NCBI RefSeq assembly: GCF_018350175.1
Contig: NC_058368.1
Coordinates: forward strand, 232,006,001 to 232,070,000
Reading direction: 5' to 3'
Length of the DNA stretch: 64,000 nucleotides
DNA from: Felis catus
Taxonomy: Eukaryota
Shown: one piece after another, positions 1 through 13,802 of the stretch
Numbering within the stretch: position 1 is the stretch's first letter
Layout of the letters: each line of letters starts with the position of its first letter
The notes under the pieces: model-generated
The model's database searches: none
The model's input: the letters and a program-made list of their open reading frames with translations, nothing else
What the model was told of the DNA's origin: nothing
Made by a program: the position numbers and the translations under genes

Positions 1-683
1 CCTCTACGCGCTCGACCGGAAACACGATCCATCGTTTATCGACAAAACAAACACGCGTGTTAACCGTGCTCTGATGAATTGCCAGGGGCGTGTTATTCAC
101 CAGGCTAAAGTGGCGGCTCGGAGGCTGGAGGCCAGGCTGGCCGTGTGGGGTCAGAGAGCACTGGTCAGGGCCCGCGTTCCCGAGCGCTTCTCTGCAGTGT
201 GAGCGGAGAGCTTGGCATAATACGGTTTATCGGTGGAAGGCTGATAAAACCAATTTCATTTCCTTAGGCGGGGGTGAATTTGTTTTTTTTTCCCCGGCAG
301 AGAGGAATCTCAAAAGGGGAGGAGTGGGCGGTCCGCGTCTTAGAAATGTCTGTTACTGACTCACGGTTCATGCCTGCGTGCTTGGCTCTTCCTCACTGGG
401 CTTGAAATGACACTGGGAGTTTCCTGGCTGCGTGGAGAATACTTCTGGGAAGTCGGCCCCTGCCCCGCCGCCGCCGTTTCTACCTTCTAACCCTCCCTCC
501 TTTAAACCCGCCCTGCCCCTGCCCTGTAGCTACCCTTCTCCCCTGGTGTCCTCCCCCTGCATCCAGCCAGTCAGAATCCAAGGATGCACCTCAGGGCTCC
601 AGTCTCGTGAGTCAATCCATAAAGCTAATCTCACCTTGCTCATTTATTTTAAACCTGGATATTTTTACTGACTTCAAATTATA

Positions 684-685
<2 letters not shown>

Positions 686-731
<46 letters not shown>

Positions 732-738
732 AAATAAA
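686..738. repeat. (AAAT)n microsatellite
   Basis: About 12 tandem AAAT units. Confidence 0.95.
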
Positions 739-888
739 TGCTTGTTGGATTTTCAAGCTACGTATAAAATACCTCCACTGTTTCGGAATGACTGCTGGTT
801 TCTTTGTCCCTGCAAACATGCAAATAGAAATCATGTGATTTTATTTATTGTACATTTTATTTTCTTTTATTATTTTATTCTATTTTAC

Positions 889-1203
889 TTTTTAAAGTTT
901 TTATCTTAAACTTGTTTTAGTAATCTCTCTACTCAACGTGGGGCTCGAACTCATGACCCCGAGAGCCACAGTCACCTGCTCTTCTGACTGAGCCCACTCT
1001 TCTTCTTTTACAAGACTGAAAGAACGTTCATCTTTTTTTTTTAAATTAATTTTTAATTTTTTAAATATAGAGAGAGCATGAGCAGGGGAGAGGGCAGAGG
1101 GAGAGAGAGAGAGAGCATCTCCACCCTGAGCTTGGCCTCTGGGATCATGACCTGAGCCGAAATCAAGAGTCCGATACTCTACTGACCAAGCCACCCAGGC
1201 CCC
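889..1203 (-). mobile_element. Two adjacent CanSINEs (about 889-995 and 1033-1203)
   Basis: T-rich tails, gtggggctcgaactcatgacc and gatcatgacctgagccgaaatcaagagt motifs, ending gccacccaggcccc. Confidence 0.85.
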
Positions 1204-2447
1204 AACTTTTCTTTTTCTTTTTTTTAATAGTTCTTATTTGTTCATATTTATTAAGACTTCTTTAGTCTTTTTTAGTGTTTCCTAATACCTAGGGACAAGT
1301 CTACATCATTTCAAATTAACTCATGTAATCTTAAGCCATGGTTTTTATCTCCACGTTACAGATGATGGAACTTGAGGCTCACGTTGGAGCTAGTTGGGAC
1401 CCAGGCGCTCTGGGTTTGTGCCAAGCTCTCTGAAATGTGCCTCCCTACACGGGTGTGTAGGGCAGGGCTGGGCTATGTTAGGCAGAGGAGCACTGCAGGA
1501 AGAGTCCTTAACCTTTTGCAGGGCAGAAGCCGGCAGTCAGACCTCCTGCAGTCCTGTCCAACCCCCCTCCCTGTTGGGGAGGGATTTGCCAAACTGATGC
1601 AGTCTGACGGTCCTTTTTCTGGACTCACACTTCCAAATTGTTCCTTTTGTGTTTTCCTGAACATCTATCCACCATCGCCTGGCTTTTGATATTTTGAAAT
1701 ACAGGAATTCAAAACAATTAGGGATTATTTTTCAACCATGGAGACCTTTCCTGTCACGTCCCGAAGGACCTTTCCACATTTCAGGCTAATGAACTGAAGA
1801 ATAAAATAACCATATGTTCCCAGCATGTCTGAATTTCATAGTATCGCATTATGTGCTAATCGTTCGATGCTTTTGTGGCAGCGGATTCAGGGTCTTTATT
1901 GACTTGTGATTGTGAAATCTCCCCTAATAGGCTGATTTCCTGCCGGTGAACTTGTAGTTTTCCGCAGAAATTCTCCTGAAACTTGCTGTAAGCGCCATTC
2001 AGTGGCACTGGCAGAGAGTAGGTGGGTCTAAACAACAACGTCTTCCATCACTTGGACAAAGACTGTCTTAGTCTGTATCCCCTCTAGTACCTAGTCAGTC
2101 AGTCAGTAATATTCTATGTCATACTCTCTTCTAGGCCCTGGGGACATCAGATGAGCAAGACTCAGGCTGGCTCAAGGCTTATATCCTTGTGGGTTAAATA
2201 GGCCATAAACAAATATGTCGGTGGAGTGATTTCAGGTAGTTTTAGGTGACATGGAGAGAAAAATCCCAGAATCTGGTGGAGAGTAAGACACAGATGCTCT
2301 GGCTGGCCTGGTGGGGGACTCCTTTCTGAGTGGGTGACATCTGAGTGAGAAGGAGGCAGTTGGGAAGGACCTAGAGAAAGGGCCTCGGGGCTCACATGCG
2401 GATGTTGTCTAAAAGGCCATGAGCTTGGTGCGTTAAAGGAGGAGGTC

Positions 2448-2451
<4 letters not shown>

Positions 2452-2484
<33 letters not shown>
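2452..2484. repeat. (GT)n microsatellite
   Basis: Uninterrupted GT run. Confidence 0.95.
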
Positions 2485-2487
<3 letters not shown>

Positions 2488-2743
2488 ACGTGTGTGGCCT
2501 GAGCACGGGGCACAGGAGTGTGAGGAAGGTGCTGGAGTGGGGGGGAGTGGGTGGGGCCGACCATAAATGGCTGCTTTTTGGTTAGTGTCCAGGGTTTGCG
2601 TTTTCGAGAGGTTGTGAAGGGAGGTATTTCAGGGCTGTAAACGGAAAAAATACCTAATCGGATTAACTCTTTTTCCTTTTTATGTAGTTTTATGGCAGCT
2701 ACATACTTTCCTTTAAGAATACATAAATATTTTATTATATTTG

Positions 2744-2937
2744 TTTTTTCCAGCTTTTTAGTGAGGGAGAGAGAGAAAGAGAACAGGGGAGGGGGCAGAG
2801 GGAGAAACAGAGAATACTGAGGAGGCCCCCGGCTCAGCGCAGAGCCCGACGTGGGGCTCGATCCCATGACCCTGGGATTATGACCTGAGCTGAAATCAAG
2901 AGTCAGATGCTCAGCCCACTGAGCCACGAGGCGCCCC
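2744..2937 (-). mobile_element. CanSINE
   Basis: (GA)-rich segment, cccgacgtggggctcgatcccatgacc, ends gaggcgcccc. Confidence 0.9.
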
Positions 2938-4027
2938 TGAAACTTTGTACCCCTTGGTCACATCTCCCTATTTCTCCCGCCACCCCTGGTCCCTGGCTAC
3001 CACCATTGTGCTCTCTGCTTCTAAGCCGTTTTTGGATTCTTTACAAAGATCACTCCGGTTACAACATAGAGTATGGACTTTCGAGCGGGCAAGAGTGAAA
3101 AGCCCCAAGACCGACTAGGGAAGGCTCCCGCTGAGTCCAGGTGAGAGATGAAGTCGCTTAACCTGGGACTTCAGCCGTGGAGGCGAGAGAAGAAGACAGG
3201 TGTGTGGTCCATTCGCGGGGTTCACTGATGGCTCACAGCCTTCTATGGGGAAATCACAGAAAACAAAATGCCTCTGGCAGTGACGGGGAATTCAGGAAGC
3301 AGATGTGGGGAAGGCGAGAATCAGTGTTCCTTTTGGTCCACGTTTGGTTGCAGGTAATTCTCTGTCACTCAAGCGGAAGTGCAAAGCAGACGGAGGTCGC
3401 AGTTTGGGGGACAGGTGGAGGAACCTCGGAGACTCGCCAGCTGGTGGGTGAGCCCCCCAGGAGGGGGCAGGGTGGCGGCCAGAGGATGACACAAGACCCC
3501 GGGAAGGCTATCCCAGTTGTCCAGAGGCTAGTGCTTTCATCGTTGGCTGGGCTGAATCTTGCTCAGTGAGGTCCGTGACTCTAGGATCGGTGAGCGATGC
3601 TGCTTCCAGTTATTTCGTGCAATTTCTGTTCCCAAGGAAACACGTACTCAATGCCCCGCACAAAGTCAGCTGGTAGAAAAGAGAGCGTTTTCTGATCTCT
3701 TCAGCCAAGTTTCCCACGGCTCCCAATCCCTAGTCAATAAGCAGTCAGTGCAGAAATACGGGAAAGACAGGGATGGTATCTTTGGCACAGCAAGATGACC
3801 CTGGGCTTTGAGGCCAGGGACTCACCTGTGACAAGTTTTAGCTCTCCCATTTGTCGGTGGGGCCGCCTTGAGTCTCCATCTCTGTGGAATAGGAGAGACT
3901 GATAATACGTATTTTACAGGTTTATTTCAGGGAAAAAAGACTAATACTCTACATAAACATAGAACTTTCTCTTAAATTTTATTATTCTCTGATTGGTACA
4001 GTCTTTGCATGTATATATATTTAACAA

Positions 4028-4662
4028 TTTTTTTAACGTTTATTCATTTTTGAGAGACAGAGACAGAATGTGAGTGGGAAGGGGCAGAGAGAGAGAGACA
4101 CACACAGAATCCGAAACAGGCTTCAGGCTCTGAGCTGTCAGCACAGAGCTTGATGCTGGCCTTGAACTCATGAATGGTGAGATCATGACCTAAGCTGAGG
4201 TAGTATGCTTATTAGCTGACTGAGCCACCCAGGTGCCTCTCCCTCCCTCTCCCTCTCCCTCTCCCTCTCCCTCTCCCTCTCTCTCTCTCTTTCCATATAT
4301 CTTTTCATATATATATATATGCATGTATTTATATAAATATATTTAAATGTTTATTTTTATATAAATATATATAGATTTATATAAATATATATATTTAAAT
4401 GTTTATTTATTTATCTTGAAAGAGAGGAGAGAGATAGTGTGTGCACGAGTGGGGGTAGGGGCAGAGAGAGAGGGAGAGAATCCTAAGCGGGCTCTACACT
4501 GTCAGCAAAGAGCTTGACTTAGGGCTGGATCTCACAAACCTTGAGATCATGACCTGAACTGAGATCAGGAGTCGGATGCTTAACTGACTGAGCCACCTGG
4601 CTCCCCTGATTGGTGGAAGTTGGTGGAATCTTTTTTTTTTATTATTATTTATTATTTTTTTT

Positions 4663-4711
<49 letters not shown>

Positions 4712-4834
4712 CCCAGGCAGGCTTTATGCTGACAGCATGAAGCCTGACTCGGGGCTTGAACTCACAAACCCATGAGATCATGAGCTGAGCCGAAACCAAG
4801 AGTCAGACACTTAACTGAGCCATCCAGGTGCCCC
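4028..4834 (-). mobile_element. Cluster of three co-oriented CanSINEs (about 4028-4238, 4394-4606, 4631-4834)
   Basis: Three tail-(GA)n-tRNA-head units. The third has TSD tggaatcttt and an expanded (GA)n at 4666-4708. Confidence 0.9.
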
Positions 4835-4933
4835 TGGAATCTTTGATTTTGATTTATGTCTTAGTATTTTTTACTTTTAGCGATGATTTCTTATTCTTGT
4901 GTTTAATCAACTGACCCTCAAAATGGCGTTTAG

Positions 4934-5374
4934 AGTAGTGCCCCCTTCCTTCTGCAGATATGTTCTAAGGCCCCCAGTCGATGCCTGAAACCACAAACAG
5001 TAGTGAACTCCATGTATCCTGTGTTTTTATAATCCACTTCTATGGCAAATTCAGTTTATAAATTAGGCATAGTAAGTGATTAACAACAGTAGCTAATAGT
5101 AAGAATGATTCTAATAACATACTGTAATAAAAGTTATGTGAATGTGGTCTCTCTCGAAATACCTTGTACTGTACTCAGCCTTCTTCTTGTGATAGTGCGA
5201 GGTGGTGAAATGCCCATGTGATGAGATGCAGTGATGTGAATGACATAGGCACGGTGATGTAGTGTTAGGCTGCTCTTGACCTCCTGACATGTCAGAAGGA
5301 AGATCATTTGCTTCTGACCATGGGTAGCTGGAATTGTGGAAAGTGGAACCATGGATAAGGGGAGATATTACTGC
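4934..5374 (-). mobile_element. MER44/Tigger7-like non-autonomous DNA transposon
   Basis: Terminal inverted repeats agtagtgccccctt... and ...ggataaggggagatattactg; internal cccccagtcgatgcctgaaacc resembles the recalled MER44 consensus. Confidence 0.75.
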
Positions 5375-6479
5375 AGAGCTCTCAAGTCCTGCTGTTTCTG
5401 TGTGTTCATTTTTGCTTTTGTTTTTTTTAATACTGAAGACGGTGACAGCTTTGAATAAACTCAGATGTGTCAACTATGACATGTCTGATCGATTGGGCCC
5501 AAGAGTTGTTGGTGGATATCATACACAAGGGTCGTTCCCAACTAAAATCTGAAAGCAACAAATCAAGAGCCTTTGCATAAAATAATGCTCATTTTTCCAA
5601 GTGTACCAGCAGCCCATTATCTGTAAATATATCTGATAATATTTCAAAGCAGTTGGTTTTTCACCCTAGGAAAATGAATTTGATGAATTCATTTCTTCTA
5701 TAAATGATAATATCCTCCTTTTCCTGTCCTTTGACTTTTCAAGTGCTTCCAAGGAATTCTGGCGTTCCAGAGGAATTTAGTCGAACCCCTCAGGGCTCAC
5801 ACGCTTTGGTTATATCTTCCATGTGCTTTCGTGCTTTTAGGCCCAGGAGACTTCCTCTCTCAGCTGGTCTGCCTCTAGTAATCCCTTCATCCCTTTGACC
5901 ATTAATTGGAAAATTATGACATTTAGAAAGGACATTTCTCAAAACCATGGGAATCCTTGTATTTGGACCAGATGTTAAGAGAATTTTAATAGAGGAATAA
6001 AACATCTGTGACAACGAAGAGCATAGTCACAGACAAAAAGAGAACGTGAACAGCATGTTGATAGGGGCATAAATATTGTAAGGAAGGTAGAGGGGTGTGT
6101 GTGGATTCGCATCGTTTCTTCCCATTAAGTCATTTCTCAGGCAGTGATTGTTCGTCCATACTCTGTCCTGTATTGTCCAGAGGTTGAGATTTTCTACAGC
6201 CTGGTTTCGAACGAGGCAGAGACACAGATAACGGAGGCTTCCAGTGATAAAGGCTATAAGAGAAATGAGTGTTGATGTACAGTGGGGCCAAGTGGGGAAT
6301 GTGAACTTGGAGATGAAGCGGGAGGAAGGGGAACCCGTCAAGATACATCTGACGTCTCAGAGGTGAGAAATAGAGGGGGTTGGTTACGGTGGGGTGGAGG
6401 GGCATGACTCCGGATAGGGAAGGGTTGTCAGGATGTGGTGACAAAATGTCAGGGGGCTTTGGGAAGACGACGGAGGGAG

Positions 6480-6990
6480 AAATGGCAGGTGAGTCCTCAT
6501 GATGGGCTGGGTATCTGAGTAAATGGTGTAGTTAGCCATGAGAGGAAATAGACATGAAGGAGACAGTTGGTAAAGACAGATAATCAGGTCACCTTTCGAT
6601 GAGATACCTCTGCCCTATCAATGTGAAGACATATATTTTGATTTGTGTCCTTATTATGTACAGAGGTCCCAAAGAGAGTTTTAGATTTGGAAGTCCCCAG
6701 GTTATAGAAGGTGTGGAAAGTTGTGTGGGTTTGACAACACAGGCCACTGAGAATGTGCAGGGTGAGAAGAAATGAACGTTCAGCAGAGATTGGGATGCAC
6801 CTTCATTTAAAGGGAAGAACGAGAAGTCAGAACTGTGGATGTACAAGGATATAGGGAGTTTGGAGTGTTAAGGCAACCGAGGAAGTGGGGGTTTGGGGAG
6901 ATCTTGAAGGGAAAAAGTCAGTGGGCACGAATGCCCTGGAGATACCCAGCTGCATGAATTCACCAGGGTGGCAGTCAGGAGGTGATGAGT
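6480..6990 (-). mobile_element. Degraded L2 LINE fragment
   Basis: Purine-rich L2-like motifs (ttagatttggaagtc, cacttcatttaaaggg-like, ggaggtgatgagtga). Confidence 0.45.
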
Positions 6991-7347
6991 GAAGATCAGT
7001 CATGAAGACACAAGGGCGGATCCTTCTCTCCTGCTACGGTTGTGTACTATTGCATGGTGTGTGTGTGTGTTGTGTACTATGTTGTACTGTTGCATGTTGC
7101 CTTAGCTGTTGCGCCTTCTGGTTAACAAGGAAGAAAGTGGTGCCCCGAGTCCTGCTTAGCTGAACTAAAAACCAATGGGAGCTGTGAAGAATAGTTGATC
7201 CACTGTGGGCCATTTATCACTTGATTTCTTATTGTGTCCATATGAATTTCCTGCCTTGAGGAAATATCTCTGGATAAATCTTTTAGAAATTGTTGATGTA
7301 GTTGTGCTGCCTTGAAGGCCCATTATTTTTTCTTCTTTACCCCCTTG

Positions 7348-7830
<483 letters not shown>

Positions 7831-8893
7831 GTTCTTGCCTCTGGTTGCTTTACCTAGCACAGAAGTAGATTGAGTGAACTTTCACTTAGTTTTAAAACCT
7901 GCTGACAGATAAAATTAATATTGCCTTTGTGTAAATAATAATTTTATCTAATGGACTTCATTTATTTTTATGGTTCCTCCAGGCGATCTGGAGCTAAACA
8001 AGGGGGAAAAGGCAAAACTGTAATAACAATTCCCTTTGAAGAGAGATATGAAACGAGGTCACTGGAGCCGAACCATTACTGAAATGTATAAAATCATTTA
8101 ATGTTTGGTTTTTCCCAATGTGTATCATGAGGTCATTGTATATAGTCGTAAAATTCCATCTTAGTTCAGATATGATAAAAATCTATGAGTAACAGAGCCA
8201 ACTTCATATTCAGTTACCTGAAGGTGGCAGCCAGCGGTCCCTCTGTATGTAAGGGCAGTCAGTGTTTTCATTAACACGTTCCCACAATGTTTCTCTAATT
8301 CATTTGTGTTAAATCTTTTTTTGAATGAAAGTTGGCAAAGTTACGTGGGTTAAAATAATATAAAAAGGATCCAACTTTTACAAAAAATGTATGTAATAAT
8401 TGAAGATGCGTTATGTTTGGGGAACATCCTGATTCTCCTTATAGACTCAACACAATAACAAGAAAGCTTTAATTTCACTTCATTTCCCAAAGAATAAAAT
8501 GTTCAGTTATTGGTTTTGAAAAAGGTTAGGAGCATCTATTTACTCGAACACTGTGCAAACGTAAGGTTATTGTTTTATTGATTCTTCATTTAATCCCATT
8601 TCCTGTTCAGTGCCTTGAATATCTGATACTATGGTAAAGAAATACCACAGATTCATTCAAGATACGTTCCTTCCAGCCCTGAACGCAGCCTGCACTTTGA
8701 AATCCTGGATCCTTCGTTCCTGCTTTTCTGAACACTGTAATTTGAACCCCTGCGGAAGCCCTAGCTTCTGTCTTCTCCCTCCATTCAGAGGGAAGTGCTC
8801 CTCCTGTGTTTCCTAAGACTTTGCTCTTCCTTCCGTTTGATAATTATCTAGAGATAGACCTTCACTTGCTTAACTCATTCTTACCTATGACCT

Positions 8894-9085
8894 GGAAGTG
8901 CCTGGACTGTGTCATCGTCCTCTTTGCCCTGCTGTGTTGGAGGGCCGTCTCTTGACCACAGGTGACATCCTTCAGTGGGGCGGACTGGGTTAATGATGAT
9001 ACCTCCTAAGACCCTGGCCATTTCCCCGCTAATGGTTCATCCTTTGTGATTTGCTGGAAGCAAAACTATGTTCCTGGGGGTGGTT
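8894..9085 (+). repeat. Local direct duplication, copy 1
   Basis: Shares a 32-nt exact block (8946-8977 = 9919-9950) and further collinear blocks with copy 2. Confidence 0.9.
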
Positions 9086-9855
9086 CAGGCCGTTTGGACT
9101 TGTGGCCCCAAGTGTAAAACCAGTGTGAGCAGGAAGACCGAGTGCGCCCTGTAGGAGCCAGGCCACCACTCACTCAGCTGGTCTTAACATTCGCTTGTGG
9201 GATCCTTGACCCTGGCTGAGCCTTGGCCTTCTCAGCTGCCGTGATTTCACCCCTCCCTACCCCTTCCTCCTCAAATGCAGTGGGTTCTTGACTCATTTCC
9301 TGTCTCTTGTGCCAAGGGACTGCACAAACCACCTCACAGTGTTGTTTGCTCAGGGCAAGGGATGGGTGAATTCTAAATGCCAAAGAGTATGTTGGCTGTG
9401 TGATTCCTGATTGACGTAGACAGCTGATTTGGCATGTTGGAACGCGTGAACTTGGGACCGTAACCGTAGCTTGCTTATCACAGAATAGATCAAACTCGGA
9501 AAGAGGACAGGCTATGTGGCCATACACGCAGCATGTGATGAGGATGCCTGTACTGTAACTGGCACCCCACGGTTCCCCGAAAGGGGCCGCCACGTGGGCT
9601 GGTGTGGGCGGCCCCCATGTGTGCCTGCGCAAAGGGAAAGCCAGCCTGAACCTTGGTAGCGGAAAAACCGTGTGGTAGCAGGCATGGGGCCCATGGCATC
9701 AGCAAAGGTACTAATGCGTGTGCAACGCTTACTCTGAGGATGCTGGTTAGACGAGAGAGGCCGACGGGAAGCCTCCGCAGTGGGAGGAGCGGACGTGGAT
9801 TTGGCCGACAGCCTGTTGGTGAAAGGGCACTCTACTTTCTCTCGAAAGCATTGAA

Positions 9856-10059
9856 GGAGTCCTGGACCTTGTCCTCATCATCTTGGCCCTCCTGTGCTGG
9901 CGGGGGGGGGGGGGGGGGCGTCTCTTGACCACAGGTGACATCCTTCAGTGTGTCTGGCTGGGTTAATGATGACACCCCCTAAGACCCTGGCCATTTCCAC
10001 GCCAACGGTTCATCCCTTGTGATTTGCCAGAGACAAAACTATGTTCCAGGGGGGTGGTT
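9856..10059 (+). repeat. Local direct duplication, copy 2 (contains a G17 run)
   Basis: Collinear with 8894-9085 at an offset of about 973 bp. Confidence 0.9.
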
Positions 10060-10315
10060 TGAGACCAGGGGTTTTGAACAGGGCAGGGCTGTTTACCCAG
10101 CAGCAGCTGACAATTGTGCAAAAGACACCGTGTTTGGTGGTGCCGAAGTGTGCAGGATGGTGGGATGTCTTCAGTTTGGGCTGGGCCTTTAGTCTTTGGG
10201 GGAGCAGTTCATCTGATGTGTTGGAATTGGGCCAAGAGGTGGAAAGATTGATGCACACAGACCTTGCAGAAGAGATGTCTGTCCATCCCCTCCTACAGTT
10301 GTACTGTTTGTGTTG

Positions 10316-10527
10316 TTTTTTTTTTAAGTTTTTTTTTTAAGATTATTTTTGAGAGAGAGAGAGAGTGAGAGAGAGAGGCAGAGAAAGGGGAAGACACAGA
10401 ATCCGAAGCAGGCTCCAGGCTCCGAGCTGTCAGCAGAGTCCCACATGGAGCTCAAACTCACAAACTGCCAGCACATGACCCGAGCTGAAAGTCGGGCACT
10501 CAACCGAGTGAGCTACTCAGGCGCCCC
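10316..10527 (-). mobile_element. SINEC_Fc-type CanSINE
   Basis: acacagaatccgaagcaggctccaggctccgagctgtcagc motif, ends caggcgcccc. Confidence 0.92.
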
Positions 10528-11521
10528 TGTTTTAGATGTCACAGTAGACCGACTTCTTACAATTAAGAGGCACATGCTTGACACTGGCCTCAGCCCTCTG
10601 ATACGGACTATTGCGCTGTAGGCAGGCAGGCGTGGGCCTGGCTACCTGAGTCTCCCCATCAGCTCCCCGGCTTTGTTCCTACCTGCCTCCTTCGTCCTGT
10701 CTCCGAAGGAAGTCCTGAAAGCCATCAGGAAGGAGCCAAGCCAGAGAGTTTCTGTGGATTCTGAATTGCGCCAGTGGATCCGGCCCCTTCTAAATATTCC
10801 AGCAGGTCTGAAACCCAGAAGAAACCCAGTTTCCCCTGCACAGAAGTACATTAAGCTTATTTTGGGTCTGTTTTTATTAATAACTGGTTAGACTTTGTTC
10901 CCTAAGCAAAACTTTTTGTGTAAGCTTTCATTCTTTTGATTTCTTTTTTATCTGACAGCATTTTTTTTTTAAACTAAAAGGAACAGTTAGTTTTTTGTTC
11001 GCTGGAGCCTTTTCATTTGCAGTGTGGGTGTGAATGGGAAATGTTATTTATTGCCCAAACACTTATATACAGAGTTTTGCTTATTTAGATCGAGCTTATA
11101 GAGAGTTCCGCCCACATCAGGAAACTGAAAGGAAGGCTTCAGGGACTTTGGAAGTAGAAGCAACAAAAATGTTTTTATTTTGAAGCCCAAATCAGCCTGT
11201 TGTGCTAAATCTTCTTCCGGTTCGCCAAATCATTTGTTTAGCATTCGATCACCTAATATATTTTTAACTTTCCAGAGGTGCTAGGATGAAATCAGAACAG
11301 CTTTTATTGAACTTGATCCTCTGAAAATTCCTTCCTAATGTATTTCCCCAACGTAGCAAGTAGGTGTAATTAACATGGCTTTCATTTTTCTTGGAGTTTT
11401 GCTGAAAGGAGTCAATACAAAGTCAGTTGGGTGATTTATGTAAGTGTATTTTTAAAATAAACTTTCAGGTGATGACAGCTTGCTTAATTTCTAAAGAGGA
11501 GAGGGATTATGATCCACATAA

Positions 11522-11712
11522 ACCAGAAGTTCTCAACCGGGGGCGATTTGGCAACGGAGACAATTTCGGTCGGCGCACGTGGAGTCGGGGGGCGCTCCCG
11601 ACATCGAGTGGGTGGAGGCCAGGGATGCTGCTAAGTGCACAGAGCAGCCACCAGAACACATAACTATTTGCCTGTAACTGTCAGTCATGCTGAGATGCAA
11701 CACTAAAATCCC
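11522..11712 (+). mobile_element. MER20-like hAT relic
   Basis: cagaagttctcaaccgggggcgattt ... gtgggtggaggccagggatgctgctaa resembles the recalled MER20 consensus. Confidence 0.75.
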
Positions 11713-12612
11713 TGATATAAATATGCTGCCCCCCCCCCAAGAGGCAACAGCGTTCTTATATTCAGAAGAAGTTAAAATTGCAGAATCCAGGATGGAGGGA
11801 CCTGCTGTTGAGATCTAAGCCTGTTTGGAGTAAAAGACTATTCAAGGAATTAGCCTCGCAGGGTGACCTGCTCAGAGAAGCCCCGTCTTAGTGCAGACTG
11901 TGAATGCCCTTCCCTGGCGTCTTACTGGGACGGCTGTATCTTTATTTTGAGAAAAAAGGTAACATGTTATAGTCTGAAAATTACAAACTTCCAAAAATCA
12001 CCTCGTTCTCATTAAATGTGCTTTCCTTAGGTTACCGTGGCAAACATATAATTTCATCTCATTACCGTGGGGCTGCGCGTCCCCTTTTAGCCACTCTCGC
12101 GCTTGAAAGGACGTGTCCCTCTTCCCTAATTGTCACTCTCCAAATCCCCGGGAAGACACGTGCCAGGCACTGTGTTATTTCTCTCTTCCTTTCCTTCAGG
12201 AGGTGACCGTGTTAGCCTGGAGATGCGAGGGATGACTGCCTTCGACGTAGGCCGGTTCCGGTTGGCCGTGGGTCTGCTGGACGTGTTTCACAGTTAACAG
12301 AAAGAGATTGTGTGTTGGCTTGGGCCTGACACACTGACAAACTATGTGCCAGGGAAGCATTTGCTCTTAGGTCCTAGGTGGCCTGAGCTTGGTCTCAGAG
12401 GTCGAGGCAGGGCGGTGCCCTAATCCCTCTCTGTGATGGAGTGTTGCCCTAATCCCACTCTGTGATGAGTGCCGTGACAGGGGTCACAGCTACCACTTTC
12501 TGTGCCTGTTGGGCACCAGGCATGGGTGTAAGAGCTTGGCATCATGCCTGCCCCAGAGCTAGCACCTCATGCAAATTCATTGTCCTTCCCATGGTATTTT
12601 TATCATTGCCAG

Positions 12613-12810
12613 TTTTTTTTAAGTTTATGTATTTTGAGGGGGGGGGGAAGGGAGGGGCAGAGAGAGAGGGAGAAAGAGAGAGAGAATCGCAAGTAGGCCC
12701 CACACTGTCAGCACAGAGCCTGACTCGGGGCTCAAACTCACGAACTGAGATCATGACCTGAATCGCAATCAAGAGTTGGTTGCTTCACCGACTGAGCCGC
12801 TCGAGCACCT
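12613..12810 (-). mobile_element. CanSINE
   Basis: Typical body; imperfect TSD ttgcca(g/a)ttt. Confidence 0.88.
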
Positions 12811-13802
12811 CGGTTGCCAATTTGCTTTGACGTGGAGCAGTGATAATGGACCTGTAGACTTCCCTGAGTGGGCTGGTGCCAGTGCTTTGGATCTCCTTGT
12901 TCTGAAGAGAACAAAATTAGGTCTAAAACACACCTCTGATGGGTGTTCTTCTATGTTAACATACTTCGTTTGGTGAAATTTCCATCCTAGTCTCAGGTCC
13001 AAAGGGTAAGAAACGATGGACTGGTCCACGTGTTTACGTCTAGACTGAAGTTCTACAGCAGCCTCCAACTGTGTGGACCACGCCCCTTTGCCAAGAATGC
13101 AATTAATCGTACTTTTGATTTTATAACCCAGGAAAAAAATAACACCTGTGACTCATTGTCCATTACCATGTGCTGTGCCTGGGCAGGGATGATGGACCCA
13201 TTGGACAGGTGTGCCCTTGGCTCCTCGTTCACTTCTCCACTCCTTCCTGAGCCTTCACGTTCAGGGTTTCTCCCTCCTGAAGAAGGCGTACTCTTGCCTC
13301 ATCATGATTTGGAGTCCCAGCTCTTGTTTTCTCTGCCCAGCTTGACTATTTTTGTCAGTGGGAGCATTGAATGAATGGGACTCAAGATAAGAGACTGTGA
13401 ATTTCATGTGCCATCAACTTTATGTTTTCTCTGTCTTGGCATCACGCCATATATTCATGTGCACGCTTTTAGGACCAGGGTCCTTTTTTTTCCATTCAAA
13501 ACCAGTTTCTTTACTAGGATTCTAATAGTTTGCCGCCTTAGTATTTTCTGGATCTTCTTCTATCCTAAGAGCTCCACTCCCTCTTAAACCTACAATTTCT
13601 TCTCTACTACCACTTACCGGAAAAGAAGCCATATTTGGCTGTCTTCTTGACCTTGGATTTCTCTTAACTTTGATCTTTCAGTGCTTAGTGATTTCATTGA
13701 TTCTTTTTTTTTTTTTTTTTGGTACCTGGCCTTCGAGGTGGCCATGTATGTTCTGTCCCATTTTTGCTGCATCCATTCCTAAAGCTGATGAATGGTCTTT
13801 AC

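Noticed and set aside
1..520. CpG-containing GC-rich start of the window as the SEMA5A promoter
   Set aside because: Short and only moderately CpG-rich, with no supportable exon or start site; cannot be called from sequence alone.
8894..10059. Miniature LTR retrotransposon reading of the direct repeats
   Set aside because: No recognisable primer-binding site, polypurine tract or target-site duplication, and no consistent TG...CA ends in both copies. Kept only as an unexplained duplication.
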